In this document: positions 51,542 to 61,261 of the stretch, piece by piece
Position numbering within the stretch: position 1 is the stretch's first letter
Layout: each line of letters opens with the position of its first letter
Program-made: the position numbers and the translations under genes
Assembly (NCBI GenBank): GCA_963730185.1
Contig: CAVSQW010000007.1
Coordinates: forward strand, 640,001 to 704,000
Direction of reading: 5' to 3'
DNA length: 64,000 nt
From: an uncultured Gemmatimonadales bacterium
GTDB taxonomy: Bacteria > Gemmatimonadota > Gemmatimonadetes > Gemmatimonadales > GWC2-71-9
The notes under the pieces: model-generated
Database searches by the model: none
What the model was told of the DNA's origin: nothing
The model's input: only the letters and a program-made list of their open reading frames with translations

Positions 51542-52434
51542 CGCCGGTCGGCACGTGCGATCGAGCGGCCGGGCTCGAGCCACTGCAGGAAGAGCACGGC
51601 GGCTGCCGCGAGATAGACCAGCCCCGCAGGGATCCACATGAGGAGGCCAGCCAACTGCTGGTCTTCGAGGGGGGTCAGGCCGAAGGCGGTGGTCCAGGGT
51701 CGATGGCTCGGGTACCAGGGTACGGTGGCGAAAGTGAGGAGGGCCCCGAGCGCGCTGCCCTGCAGCCCCATGGCAAACAGGTAGAGTATTCCCGCCCCGC
51801 GGTCGATCCGGACGCCGGCCGGCCGGAAGAGTACTCGCCAGAAGAGCAAGCTCGCACCCAACAGGGTGATGTGCTCCAGGGCATGGATGCCCTCGTGCGC
51901 GAGGGCCACCTCGTAAAGCCGAGGAAGGTGCCAGAGCCAGAGCAGCGCCGCGGCGAGGGCCCAACTCGGGGCCGGACGAGTCAACGGCTCGACCCGGTCT
52001 CGAAAGCCGGCCAGCCGGCGGCGGGCCGATCGGGGGAGCGCCCAGAGCACGCCTCGGCCCCAGTCGCCCAGGACCAGTAAGGGGGCCACGACGACGAGTA
52101 GCACCAGATGCTGGACCATGTGTGCCGAGAAGAGCGCTGTTGCCAGGGCATCGAGGGGCGAGACGAGGGCCAAGGCCAGCGAGACCATTCCGCCCACGAA
52201 CGCCACCGGCCTCCAGGCCGGGACGCCGCGCCCAGCACCCGCCCTGGCCCACAGGCGGCGGATCCCAAGCCAATAGGCCACTCCCAAGACGACAATCCCG
52301 ATCAGGGCACCAGGCTCGAACGTCCATGCCGACCAAATTGTCGCCGGGGTTGGGGGACGGTGTTCACCGGCCAGCCGCGCGGCAGTCTTCACCACCGGCG
52401 GGATCGCGACCAGCCAGCCGTTCCGACTCGGCAC
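51538..52434 (-). CDS. ctaG: Cytochrome c oxidase assembly protein, caa3-type CtaG family
   Basis: SPLDALA..LFSAHMVQH; WLWHLP; HALEH; LEDQQLAGLLMWIP. Confidence 0.9.
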   Translation of the reverse strand: MPSRNGWLVAIPPVVKTAARLAGEHRPPTPATIWSAWTFEPGALIGIVVLGVAYWLGIRRLWARAGAGRGVPAWRPVAFVGGMVSLALALVSPLDALATALFSAHMVQHLVLLVVVAPLLVLGDWGRGVLWALPRSARRRLAGFRDRVEPLTRPAPSWALAAALLWLWHLPRLYEVALAHEGIHALEHITLLGASLLFWRVLFRPAGVRIDRGAGILYLFAMGLQGSALGALLTFATVPWYPSHRPWTTAFGLTPLEDQQLAGLLMWIPAGLVYLAAAAVLFLQWLEPGRSIARADRR

Positions 52435-52445
52435 CGGGACGCCGC

Positions 52446-52847
52446 CTACCGGCAGATCGGCATCAGGAACAGGGGAAGGACGTCGAACCCAAGGCCGACG
52501 AGGAAGAACCCGGCCAGGATGAGCCCGCCGAGGGCCATGAAGCGGGCTCGGGCCGCGTGAGCTCCGGTATCCGCGACCGACCGCGCCGCCCTGAGGCTTC
52601 GGATCCCGGTCCAGAGGCCCAGGCCCGCGACGGCCAGGGCGACGGCGCTGAACGCCATCAGGGTCCACCACGCCCGGCTCTGACGAGTCACCGGCTCGGG
52701 GAGCAGCACGCAAGCTGCCGAGCTGACGGCGACCGAAACCAGGAAATGCGCACTCCAGGCGGCCGGCGCGCCGAACACGGCGAACCAGAGCGCTCGTCGA
52801 CCGACCGGCTCGGCCGGATCCCCGGCCCTCAGTCCCTCTGGGTTCAT
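52446..52847 (-). CDS. Hypothetical 3-TM membrane protein of oxidase operon
   Basis: LWFAVFGAPAAWSAHF..C; RARFMALGG; ends PICR; ATG overlaps the subunit III stop. Confidence 0.75.
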   Translation of the reverse strand: MNPEGLRAGDPAEPVGRRALWFAVFGAPAAWSAHFLVSVAVSSAACVLLPEPVTRQSRAWWTLMAFSAVALAVAGLGLWTGIRSLRAARSVADTGAHAARARFMALGGLILAGFFLVGLGFDVLPLFLMPICR

Positions 52848-53440
52848 CGGAGGCCCAGGCGCGGAGCGAGATAGAGCGACGTGAAGACGGCCAGCCACAC
52901 CAAGTCAACGAAATGCCAGTAGAGCGCGGCATTCGAGACGTAGGTGTGGCCCTTCGCGTCGAGCTCGCTGCGCCGCGCCATCATTGAGATCACGGTGAGG
53001 ATTACGAGGCCGACCAGCACGTGGGCGCCGTGCATCCCGGTGACGGTGAAGAACGCCGATCCATAGGCGTCGGTCCGGGGGGTGAAGGTCTGTCGACTGT
53101 ACTCGTATCCCTGGAGGCCCAGAAAGCTCGTTCCGAGGACCAGGGTGAATCCCAGACCGAGTCGAAGCCGACCTAGCTGCCCGGAACGGAGTCCCCGCTC
53201 GCCCCATCGAAGGGTGAGGCTGCTGGCGAGCAGGAGTACGGTATTGACCGAGGCGATCCGGAGATCGGGAGGGCCGAACGGCGGCCAGACGGGCGCCCGA
53301 GCACCGAGATAGAAGTAGGTAAACAGGAGGCAGGCAAAGAGCGCGGCCTCGGTGGCGATCAGGAGCAGCATCGCCCACTCCCCCGGGGGGTGCCGCTCGG
53401 TGGCCGGCAGGTTCGAGAGGACTCGATCGCCGGATGTCAC
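52844..53440 (-). CDS. ctaE: Cytochrome c oxidase subunit III
   Basis: LIATEAALF; NTVLLLASS; YGSAFFTVTGMHGAHV; YWHFVDLVW. Confidence 0.92.
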   Translation of the reverse strand: MTSGDRVLSNLPATERHPPGEWAMLLLIATEAALFACLLFTYFYLGARAPVWPPFGPPDLRIASVNTVLLLASSLTLRWGERGLRSGQLGRLRLGLGFTLVLGTSFLGLQGYEYSRQTFTPRTDAYGSAFFTVTGMHGAHVLVGLVILTVISMMARRSELDAKGHTYVSNAALYWHFVDLVWLAVFTSLYLAPRLGLR

Positions 53441-55332
53441 GACCTCTCCTCGGCCTCGTCCCGGGGCCAGAGCCAGCCGACGATCGTGACGCCCAAGGCG
53501 ATGACTGCGCCGATCGCCACGGGCCAGAGAGCGAAAAGAAGGGCGTAGAACAGGGTCAGCACGGCCATCGAGAGATAGAGCGGCCAGAGGCTGTCGCCCG
53601 GCATGCGCAGGATGGCCCTCGGTTCGGCGTCGAGCGCGCTGGTGCTGACCGCCAGGTGACCGTCGTCGAGGGGCGGTCCCTGATCGAGCACCGTGTGGCG
53701 TCCGGGTTCGAAGCGTCCTTCCCAGAGGGGGTGGCGACTGCCCACGCGGGGAATGGCGGCGAAGTTGTAGGGCGGCGGCGGCGAGGGAATCGACCACTCC
53801 AACGTTCCTGCGTCCCACGGGTTGGGCCCCGCCGGCCGGCCGTGCCGCCGGCTCCACCAGACGTTCGCGAGGGTGAGCAGGAAACCCCCGGCGAAGAGGA
53901 ACGATCCGAGGGTGACCACCAGGTTCCAGCCGCTCCAGCCGAGCCCCGCGGGATAGGTGTAGATCCGGCGGGGCATCCCCAGCAGGCCGAGGATGTGCAT
54001 CGGAAAGAAGCCCAGATTGAAGCCAAGGAACATCAGCCAGAAGTTCCAGCGGCCGAGGCGCTCGCTCATCAAGCGGCCAGTCATCTTGGGGAACCAGTAG
54101 TAGGTTGCCGCCACCACCGGGAAGAGGTTGATGCCGATCAGCACGTAGTGAAGATGGGCGACCACGAAGTAGGTGTCGGTGAGCTGCCAATCCAGGGGGA
54201 CCGCGCCGGTCATCACGCCGCTCACCCCGCCGATCACGAAGGTGATCACGAACCCGATCACGAACAGGAACGGCGTGGTAACGGTCGGCCGCCCCTGCCA
54301 GATGGTGGCCACCCACGCGAAGACCGACACCGCGCTCGGGATGGCGATGACCAGGCTCGCCCCGCCGAAGAACGAAAGGGCGAGGGTCGAGAGCCCGGTG
54401 GCGAACATGTGGTGGGCCCAGACACCGAAACCGATGATCCCGACCGCGACCGTCGCGAGCGCCACATAAGGGTAGGCCACCAGTGGCCGTCGGCAGAAGG
54501 TGGGCAGGATATCGGATGCGATGCTCATCGCCGGGAGGACGATGATGTAGACCCACGGGTGGCCGAAGATCCAGAAGAGATGCTGCCAGAGCAGCGGCTG
54601 GCCACCGTGGGCGGCGTCGTAGAAGTGTGTCCCCGCGTGACGATCGAGGTAGAGTAGAAGACAGGCGGCGCTCAGGGCCGGGACGGCGAAGATGGCGGCG
54701 AACGAGCTGGTCAAGGTGCCCCACAAAAGGATCGGTACCCGGTCCAGGGTCATGCCCGGCGCTCGCATCTTGAAAAAGGTGACGACGAAGTTGATGGCGC
54801 CGGCCGTGGTCGAGATGCCCAGGAACATCATTCCGAGCGCGAAGAAATCGATGTTGAGACGGGGGAGATACTCGGACGACGCCAGCGGCACGTAGTTGAA
54901 CCACCCCGCGTTGGGGGCGAGACCGAGGAGGAAGCTGCTGTAAAGAAAGATCCCGGCTCCAAGGAACAGCCAAAAGCCGACGGCGTTGACCCGGGGGAGC
55001 GCCATGTCACGTGCGCCGACCATCAAGGGCCAGAGATAGTTGCTGAACCCGGACAGGACCGGGAGGGCGAACAGGAACAGCATGGTCACGCCGTGCATCG
55101 TGAATAACTGGTCGTAGAGCTCCGGCGACACGACGCGGGTGCCGGCATGGGCCAGTTGAATCCGGATGAGCAGCGCCTCGAGGCCGCCGACCACCAGAAA
55201 GACGAAGGCCGTCACCAGGTAGCGCAGGCCGATGATCTTGTGGTCCACCGTGCCGAGCGCGCCCAGCCACCCCGGGGGGGTCGTCCACCGATCTCGGAGC
55301 CGGTCGATCGCGGCCGAGTCGGGGCCCGTCAT
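53437..55332 (-). CDS. ctaD: Haem-copper oxidase subunit I (A-family-like, atypical proton-channel residues)
   Basis: DHKIIG; FTMHG; GARDMALPR; GHPWVY; WAHHMF; VVAHLHY; GMPRRIY. Confidence 0.93.
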   Translation of the reverse strand: MTGPDSAAIDRLRDRWTTPPGWLGALGTVDHKIIGLRYLVTAFVFLVVGGLEALLIRIQLAHAGTRVVSPELYDQLFTMHGVTMLFLFALPVLSGFSNYLWPLMVGARDMALPRVNAVGFWLFLGAGIFLYSSFLLGLAPNAGWFNYVPLASSEYLPRLNIDFFALGMMFLGISTTAGAINFVVTFFKMRAPGMTLDRVPILLWGTLTSSFAAIFAVPALSAACLLLYLDRHAGTHFYDAAHGGQPLLWQHLFWIFGHPWVYIIVLPAMSIASDILPTFCRRPLVAYPYVALATVAVGIIGFGVWAHHMFATGLSTLALSFFGGASLVIAIPSAVSVFAWVATIWQGRPTVTTPFLFVIGFVITFVIGGVSGVMTGAVPLDWQLTDTYFVVAHLHYVLIGINLFPVVAATYYWFPKMTGRLMSERLGRWNFWLMFLGFNLGFFPMHILGLLGMPRRIYTYPAGLGWSGWNLVVTLGSFLFAGGFLLTLANVWWSRRHGRPAGPNPWDAGTLEWSIPSPPPPYNFAAIPRVGSRHPLWEGRFEPGRHTVLDQGPPLDDGHLAVSTSALDAEPRAILRMPGDSLWPLYLSMAVLTLFYALLFALWPVAIGAVIALGVTIVGWLWPRDEAEERS

Positions 55333-56330
55333 CGGCGCTGTTCCAGGAAGGCCACCAGGGTGTCCACTTCGGACCGGGTCAATCCTGTCCGCGGCATCAG
55401 GACGCCCGGCTTGACGCTGTCCGGGCGGCGGAGCCAACGACCCAGATTGGCGGCGGTATTCGGCACTATCCCGGACGCCAAGCTGGAACGTTCCGCCAAG
55501 TGGGTGAGGTCCGGACCGGCCAGCCCGGCCGATGGGGCGCCGCCGACTCGATGACAAGCCATACACCCCCGCCGTCGCAGGAGGTCGACCACCTCAGGGT
55601 CCGGTGGCACGGCCTCGCGCTGGCGACGGGCCCAGGCTTGGTAGGCGTCCGGCGTCTGCACCACCGCGACCAGGCGCATCAAGGCATGCGCCGGCCCGCA
55701 GAACTCGGCACACTGACCGACGTAGCGGCCGACCTGATTGGCTTCGATCCACATCTCGTTCCGTTGCCCCGGGATCAGGTCCGTCTTCCCGGCCAACTCC
55801 GGCACCCAGAAGCTGTGGATCACGTCACCGGCTTCGAGCTGGAGCCGTACCCGGGTCCCGACCGGGAGGTGGAGCTCGTTTGCGGTCACGAAATCGGGCC
55901 GGCCTCCGGGATCAAGGTACTGGAGCGACCACCAGAACCGATGGCCGACCACCCGGACCGTGAGTGGGGCCCCGGCCGCTCCGCGGCCGGAGTCGATCAG
56001 GACCCGGAGGGAATAGATGAACGCGCCGAGCAGGATGAGGGTGGTGACGGCGGTGCCGCCGACGATCCAGCGGCGGCTGCGGCGCTCGGTGGCCTCGAAC
56101 CGGGCGAACCGGTCCGAAGCCGGCGGGTCCGGCGGTCGGCGGCGGAAGAGCGCGACCAGCACCAGTCCAGAGACGATCACGACCACCAGGCTGGAGACGA
56201 TCGTGAGGGTCAAGCCGAGTCGCGCGATGGCGTCGCTCGACGCGCCGTGGGAGGCAAAGATCGAGGGCGATCGAGCACAGCTCCCGACCAGGACGGGCAC
56301 GACGAGGACTCCGGCCTTGCGTCCGTCCAC
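55329..56330 (-). CDS. ctaC: Cytochrome c oxidase subunit II with fused cytochrome c (caa3-type)
   Basis: LVGS|C lipobox; two TMs; DVIHSFWVP; CAEFCGPAHALM (CuA); CMACH. Start approximate. Confidence 0.92.
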   Translation of the reverse strand: MDGRKAGVLVVPVLVGSCARSPSIFASHGASSDAIARLGLTLTIVSSLVVVIVSGLVLVALFRRRPPDPPASDRFARFEATERRSRRWIVGGTAVTTLILLGAFIYSLRVLIDSGRGAAGAPLTVRVVGHRFWWSLQYLDPGGRPDFVTANELHLPVGTRVRLQLEAGDVIHSFWVPELAGKTDLIPGQRNEMWIEANQVGRYVGQCAEFCGPAHALMRLVAVVQTPDAYQAWARRQREAVPPDPEVVDLLRRRGCMACHRVGGAPSAGLAGPDLTHLAERSSLASGIVPNTAANLGRWLRRPDSVKPGVLMPRTGLTRSEVDTLVAFLEQRR

Positions 56331-56365
56331 AGTGCGACGCACCAGGCGGGCCCACTGACCGCCGC

Positions 56366-57799
56366 TCAACGGTGGGCCTCCGAGGGTCCGTCCCGGACCC
56401 GGGCGCCTCGTCGGCGGGTCGTCAGGAAGGCGACGAGCGCGTCCACCTCCGGAGCGCTCAGCAGGGCCCCGAAGGCCGGCATGTTGTAGCCACCGGTCTC
56501 CATCCACTGAGCCAGCTCCCCGGGGGGAAGTCGGTCACCGATGTCCGTCAGGTCCGGTCCACGTCGCCCCCCGTACCCTTCGACGCGGTGGCAGAACTCA
56601 CAGGCCCGATCATGGAAGAGTCGAGCCCCGTACCGCACCACGGAGTCGGCCGAGCGGACGACGGTGCTCGGCAGCTGCGGCGCCGAGAAGTCGGGGGCCC
56701 AGGGCGCCAGCCCCCCGATCCACCAGAGCGAACCGACTCCGAGGACGACCGTCGCCACGGCCGCCCAAGCCCAGGGCCGACGGGCGGGGTGACGTTCGCC
56801 CCGGGGAAAGAGGAGGGGAAGCAGGATCAGACCGAGGGCCCCCAGCAGCGGCAGGAGCCAGATTAGGAACCGTTCCGTTCCGTGCGGAAGCAGGGCCAGG
56901 AGGCCGAAGTACCAGAGCAGGTACCAATCGGGCCGCGGCTGGGCGTCGATGAGTGATGGGTTGGGAGGCTTGCCGAGCGCTTTGGGGCCGACGATCAGAG
57001 CGGCGGTGACGACCAAGGCCAGGACGGCCACGCCGAAGGCAACGTCGCGCCAGCCGGCATCCGGCCAAAAGGGGCGCCCCTCGCGTTCGAGCAAGGCCCG
57101 GTACTTGGCCCGGTAGGTCTTGGGATCGACCCCGTCGCCCCGGCGAGGTAGTTCGGAGATTCCGTGGCGGAGCACCAGATACAAATGAAGGCCGACGATC
57201 GAGGTGATCAGGATAGGCACCACGAACACGTGATAGGCGAAGAGATGGCTGAGCGTCGCGGTCCCGACGTTGGCACCGGCCAGGACGAATCGGGCCAGTG
57301 CGTGGCCGACTAGCGGAACCCGGCCCGCCTGTTCCGCGGCCACCACGGTCGACCACACGCCGTCCTGATCCCAGCGAAGGACCTGGCCGGTAAACCCCAT
57401 CGCCACGGTCAAGCCGAGGAGGAGAACTCCAGACAGCCAGTTGAGCTCGCGGGGGAACTTGTAGGCCCCGGTGAGGAAGACCCGGAGGGCATGGAGGCCC
57501 ACCAGCAGGATCATCGCGGAGGCGCCGAAGTAGTGCATCCCGCGGAGAAGCCGGCCGAAGAAGGCCTGATTGGTGATGAACTGAAGGCTCTGGTAGGCGT
57601 CACCCGAGGAGGGCACGTACATGGTGGCGAGGGCGGCGCCGGTCACGACCTGAAGCAGGAAGGCCATCAGGGTTGCGCTGCCGAACACGTATATCCATCC
57701 GGTATCCGGCGGCACCGGATGGTGGAGCAGGCGGTGGGTTGCTGCCCAGAGCCCAGTCCGATCCTCGATCCAGGTGCGGAGCCGGTTGAGGAGGCTCAC
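56366..57799 (-). CDS. Cytochrome b + subunit IV + cytochrome c fusion of a Rieske/cytb complex
   Basis: RGMHYFGASAMILLVGLH; YKFPRELNW; AYHV...GLHL; PDWY; CEFCH...MP. Confidence 0.92.
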   Translation of the reverse strand: MSLLNRLRTWIEDRTGLWAATHRLLHHPVPPDTGWIYVFGSATLMAFLLQVVTGAALATMYVPSSGDAYQSLQFITNQAFFGRLLRGMHYFGASAMILLVGLHALRVFLTGAYKFPRELNWLSGVLLLGLTVAMGFTGQVLRWDQDGVWSTVVAAEQAGRVPLVGHALARFVLAGANVGTATLSHLFAYHVFVVPILITSIVGLHLYLVLRHGISELPRRGDGVDPKTYRAKYRALLEREGRPFWPDAGWRDVAFGVAVLALVVTAALIVGPKALGKPPNPSLIDAQPRPDWYLLWYFGLLALLPHGTERFLIWLLPLLGALGLILLPLLFPRGERHPARRPWAWAAVATVVLGVGSLWWIGGLAPWAPDFSAPQLPSTVVRSADSVVRYGARLFHDRACEFCHRVEGYGGRRGPDLTDIGDRLPPGELAQWMETGGYNMPAFGALLSAPEVDALVAFLTTRRRGARVRDGPSEAHR

Positions 57800-57821
57800 G
57801 ACGCGGCTCTCTCGGGCCGGG

Positions 57822-58325
57822 TCACGTGATCGGGATGGGACGGGTCTCGACCTCGACTCGTCCGGCGCGAACCCTGACCCGAAGCCGCTTCAACGGTTGC
57901 TCAGGTGGTCCGGCGGCGACCCGACCGTCTTGGTAGAAGACGCCGCCGTGGCAGGGACACATGAAGAGTCGGGCGTCGCCGACCCAGCGAATCGGGCAGC
58001 CGAGGTGCGTACAATGGACGGAGAGGGCACTGAACGTCCCTTCGCTGTCTCGTCGGAGCCAGGCACCGGTGCGGGCGCTCACCCCTGACCAGGGCTGGGG
58101 CGACGGATCGTCGAATGCCACCTCGACCGTTCGACCGATCACGAAACCGTCGGTTGGTCCGACATCCCGCCAGGCCCCTGGGACCCGCCGCCGAAGGGGG
58201 CCGAGGACAAAGCCGATGGCTGGAACCGCAACGAGGGCCGCGCCGATCGCGGCCAGGGCGGCCCCGAGTCGGGAGAAAAAGCGACGGCGATCGCCGGAGG
58301 GTTCGGACGCCGGGCCGATGGTCAT
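57822..58325 (-). CDS. Rieske iron-sulfur subunit of Rieske/cytb complex
   Basis: DRRRFF Tat signal + TM; CTHLGC; CPCHGG; GPP. Confidence 0.93.
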   Translation of the reverse strand: MTIGPASEPSGDRRRFFSRLGAALAAIGAALVAVPAIGFVLGPLRRRVPGAWRDVGPTDGFVIGRTVEVAFDDPSPQPWSGVSARTGAWLRRDSEGTFSALSVHCTHLGCPIRWVGDARLFMCPCHGGVFYQDGRVAAGPPEQPLKRLRVRVRAGRVEVETRPIPIT

Positions 58326-58545
58326 CGGCTGGGGGGGAGGGACGGTGCAAGCAGGCAGGGAAGGCGGGCGGCCGTCCGGCGACCCGGGAGCGCTTGTCGA
58401 GATGGAATCGGCATGGGGTTCAGTCACCTCGTTTCCGGCTGCTTTTCGACCCGGAAAGGCACACAAGTACCGTGGCGGCATCCCCTTCTCGTCCGCACGC
58501 TGGAGCAACGATGACGTCAGCGTGGGGATTCGGATCGTATCTCGC

Positions 58546-58561
58546 TGGCCCGTCCGATGCA
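58546..58561 (+). promoter_or_regulatory. Putative sigma54 promoter of histidine kinase
   Basis: TGGCCCGTCCGATGCA, GG-N10-GC, about 95 bp before ATG 58658. Confidence 0.45.
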
Positions 58562-58657
58562 AGATTATGGTCGCCTCATCGTCACCCCAGAACCGGGGTG
58601 AGGCGCTATCTTCCGATCGACCGCGATCACTCCGACGACCTTCCGGAGGGCCACTGG

Positions 58658-59806
58658 ATGGGTACCGAGCTGGCAGGCCACGTCGGACGTCAGCTCGCGG
58701 CTCGCGCTTCCACAATTACCCGGCAGTGGATCGACCTCCTGGTCCGGCATCTCGGCGAAGCGCGAGCCCAAGTGCTGCCCGGCGCCACGCTGCTGAACCA
58801 CGTCCCCGCCATCATCCAGGATCTGGCCCGCTTTGTCGGAGACCCGCAGATTGCCGACCCGCTCAGGCCCGCGACCCAGGCGGACCTCGGTCGACTCGCG
58901 GATCTCAGGCGGCGACGGGGCACCACCCTGGAGGAGATCCTGAGAGAGTTCGGGATGCTGTCCGCCCTGGTGGAGGATGCCATCGCCGAGGGGATCGCCT
59001 CGTTTGAGGGGAAGGCTGGGCGGAAGGAAATCGTCCGGCTGGTCGGGCGGGCCAAGGACGCCGTCTTCGTGCTCGGCTCGGAGGCCGCGAGTCACTACCG
59101 GGCCTGGGTGGTGCGACGGCGAGCCGAGCGGTTACGGGTGCTCGAGGGCTATTCGGCCATGCTCTCGCACGAGTTGGGGAATCGGTTAGGCGCGGCGGAG
59201 ACAGCAGTCCGAGTGCTCATGGGGCAGTTGGAGGTGCCACCGGAGCGGCGCCAACGGCTTCACGATCTGATCCTCCATTCGGTTCGGAGCGGCCTCGAAA
59301 CCGTCGAGGCCGTGAGCACGCTGTTCCGAGCGCGGGACGAGGCCTCTGGGGGGGGCGCTCGGACCCTGCCCCTCGATGTCGTCCTCGGCGATGCCGTCCA
59401 TCAGCTTCGCGTTCGGGCCGGCGCCCGTCAGATCCGGCTCGAGCTGGTCGGCCCGGTGCCGTCCCAACTCGTCGATGCGGAGCGGTTTCCGCTGGTGCTC
59501 TATAACCTGGTCACGAACGCCGTCCGGCATCATGACCGCCCCGGGGGGCGGGTCAGGATCGCAGTCGAAGAGGAACCCCATGTCCTCGCCATCGTCGTCG
59601 CGGACGACGGACCGGGGATCGCCGAGGCCATGCGCGGACGGATCTTCGAGCCGCGGGCTCGGGGGGCGACCGAGGAGGAGGGAGCTGGCCTTGGGCTCGC
59701 GATCGCGAGGGAGGCGGCCGAACAGATGGGGGGGGCGATCGAGCTCGTTCCCAGCACGGGGAGAGGCTCGACCTTTCGACTGACCATCCCGTGCCGGCTG
59801 GAGTGA
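58658..59806 (+). CDS. Cytoplasmic histidine kinase with RsbRD-N-like helical input domain
   Basis: No TM; ITRQW...RRRRGTTLEEILREF; LSHELGNRL; NLVTNAVRH; DDGPGI; GAGLGL. Confidence 0.88.
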   Translation: MGTELAGHVGRQLAARASTITRQWIDLLVRHLGEARAQVLPGATLLNHVPAIIQDLARFVGDPQIADPLRPATQADLGRLADLRRRRGTTLEEILREFGMLSALVEDAIAEGIASFEGKAGRKEIVRLVGRAKDAVFVLGSEAASHYRAWVVRRRAERLRVLEGYSAMLSHELGNRLGAAETAVRVLMGQLEVPPERRQRLHDLILHSVRSGLETVEAVSTLFRARDEASGGGARTLPLDVVLGDAVHQLRVRAGARQIRLELVGPVPSQLVDAERFPLVLYNLVTNAVRHHDRPGGRVRIAVEEEPHVLAIVVADDGPGIAEAMRGRIFEPRARGATEEEGAGLGLAIAREAAEQMGGAIELVPSTGRGSTFRLTIPCRLE

Positions 59807-59845
59807 GTCCCGGCCGCGGAGGTGAGCTTGAGCCTCGGCCGTTGA

Positions 59846-61261
59846 TTAGATGCCGTACTTGCGCCGCCGGCGCCAGAGCGTCGAGGGCGCGACGCCCAGC
59901 ACCTCCGCGGCCTGTTCGACCGAGTCGGTCACCGCCATGACGTGGCGGAGGTAGCGTTCCTCGAGCCCGTTCAGGGTCGGCAAGGCGGCGGGGTCGCTCG
60001 CCCCGATTTGTTGCAGCAGATCTCCCGAGCCGGTCCGGGGCAGGGCGCCGACGCCGATCTCCTGGCGCCGTTCCAGGATCACGGCCCGCTCCACCGCGTT
60101 TTGCAGTTCCCGAACGTTGCCGGGCCAGCGCTGTTCGGTCAGGGCCACCCGGGCTTCGGGGGCAAAGCCGGTAATCGGCTTGCCATAGCGGCGGGCGAAG
60201 AAGTGGAGAAAGCGCTCGGCGAGCGGGACGACATCCTCAGGGCGCTCCCGCAGGGGGACCAGCTCGATCTGGATCACATTGAGCCGATAGTAGAGATCGT
60301 CGCGGAAGGCGTCTTCCCCGACGGCCCGGTGGAGGTCGCGGTTGGTTGCCGCGATGAGCCGAACATCGGCGTGGCGCGGCTCGGGATCGCCAACCCGTTC
60401 GTATTCCCGATCTTGCAGGAACCGCAGCAGGCGCGGCTGGAGATCGAGGTCGAGCTCGCCGACTTCGTCGAGCAACAGCGTGCCGCCGTCGGCATATTCG
60501 ATCTTCCCGGCCCGGGTGTCAGTCGCCCCGGTGAAGGAGCCCTTGACATGTCCGAAGAGCTCGCTTCGGAGGAGCTCGGCCGAAAGCGCCGGGCAATTGA
60601 CGGTGGCAAAGGGGTGGGCGGCTCGCGCGCTCCACCCGTGCATTGCCCGGGCGAGCACGCCCTTGCCGGTGCCGCTCTCGCCGGTGAGGAGGACGGTGGC
60701 GTCGGTCGGGGCCACGTCCGCCGCCAGCGCGATGGCTCGGGCCATCGCGGGATTCGCCGTCTCGAGGAGCGGAGTGGGATGGGAGTCCTTCGCGTCGTCT
60801 TCCATGGCGCGCATCCGGCTGGCCAGCCGCCGCCGTTCGATCGCCCGGCCGACCAACAGTTCCAGCTCGTCGGGCGCGACCGGCTTGGCGAGGTAGTCGA
60901 AGGCCCCTCGCCGCATGGCTTCGACGGCTGTGGCGATCGAGCCGTGGGCCGTGATCATGGCGACCAGCAACTCCGGGTCGGCGTCGAGCAACAGCGGCAG
61001 GAGGTCCAGCCCGGACTCGCCCCCGAGCCGGAGGTCGACCAGCGCCAAGTCAAAGCGATGTCGGGCGACGGCCACCCTTGCGTGCTCGCCCCCGGAGGTG
61101 GTGGTAATCAGATGCCCGCCGGGCTCGAGGCAGAGTCGCATGGCCTCCTGAACGGCGGGCTCGTCATCGACGATCAGGATCCGGGCGCTGCCCGGGGCGG
61201 GTCGTCCGTCCGCGGGCTCGAGTGGTTGCGCCGGTGTCGGGGATGAGTTCGGGGACGTCAT
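59846..61261 (-). CDS. Sigma54-dependent response regulator (NtrC/AlgB-like)
   Basis: IVDDE; VDLRL; GESGTGKG; SELFGHVKGSFTGA; WPGNVRELQN; LWRRRRKYGI. Confidence 0.95.
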   Translation of the reverse strand: MTSPNSSPTPAQPLEPADGRPAPGSARILIVDDEPAVQEAMRLCLEPGGHLITTTSGGEHARVAVARHRFDLALVDLRLGGESGLDLLPLLLDADPELLVAMITAHGSIATAVEAMRRGAFDYLAKPVAPDELELLVGRAIERRRLASRMRAMEDDAKDSHPTPLLETANPAMARAIALAADVAPTDATVLLTGESGTGKGVLARAMHGWSARAAHPFATVNCPALSAELLRSELFGHVKGSFTGATDTRAGKIEYADGGTLLLDEVGELDLDLQPRLLRFLQDREYERVGDPEPRHADVRLIAATNRDLHRAVGEDAFRDDLYYRLNVIQIELVPLRERPEDVVPLAERFLHFFARRYGKPITGFAPEARVALTEQRWPGNVRELQNAVERAVILERRQEIGVGALPRTGSGDLLQQIGASDPAALPTLNGLEERYLRHVMAVTDSVEQAAEVLGVAPSTLWRRRRKYGI

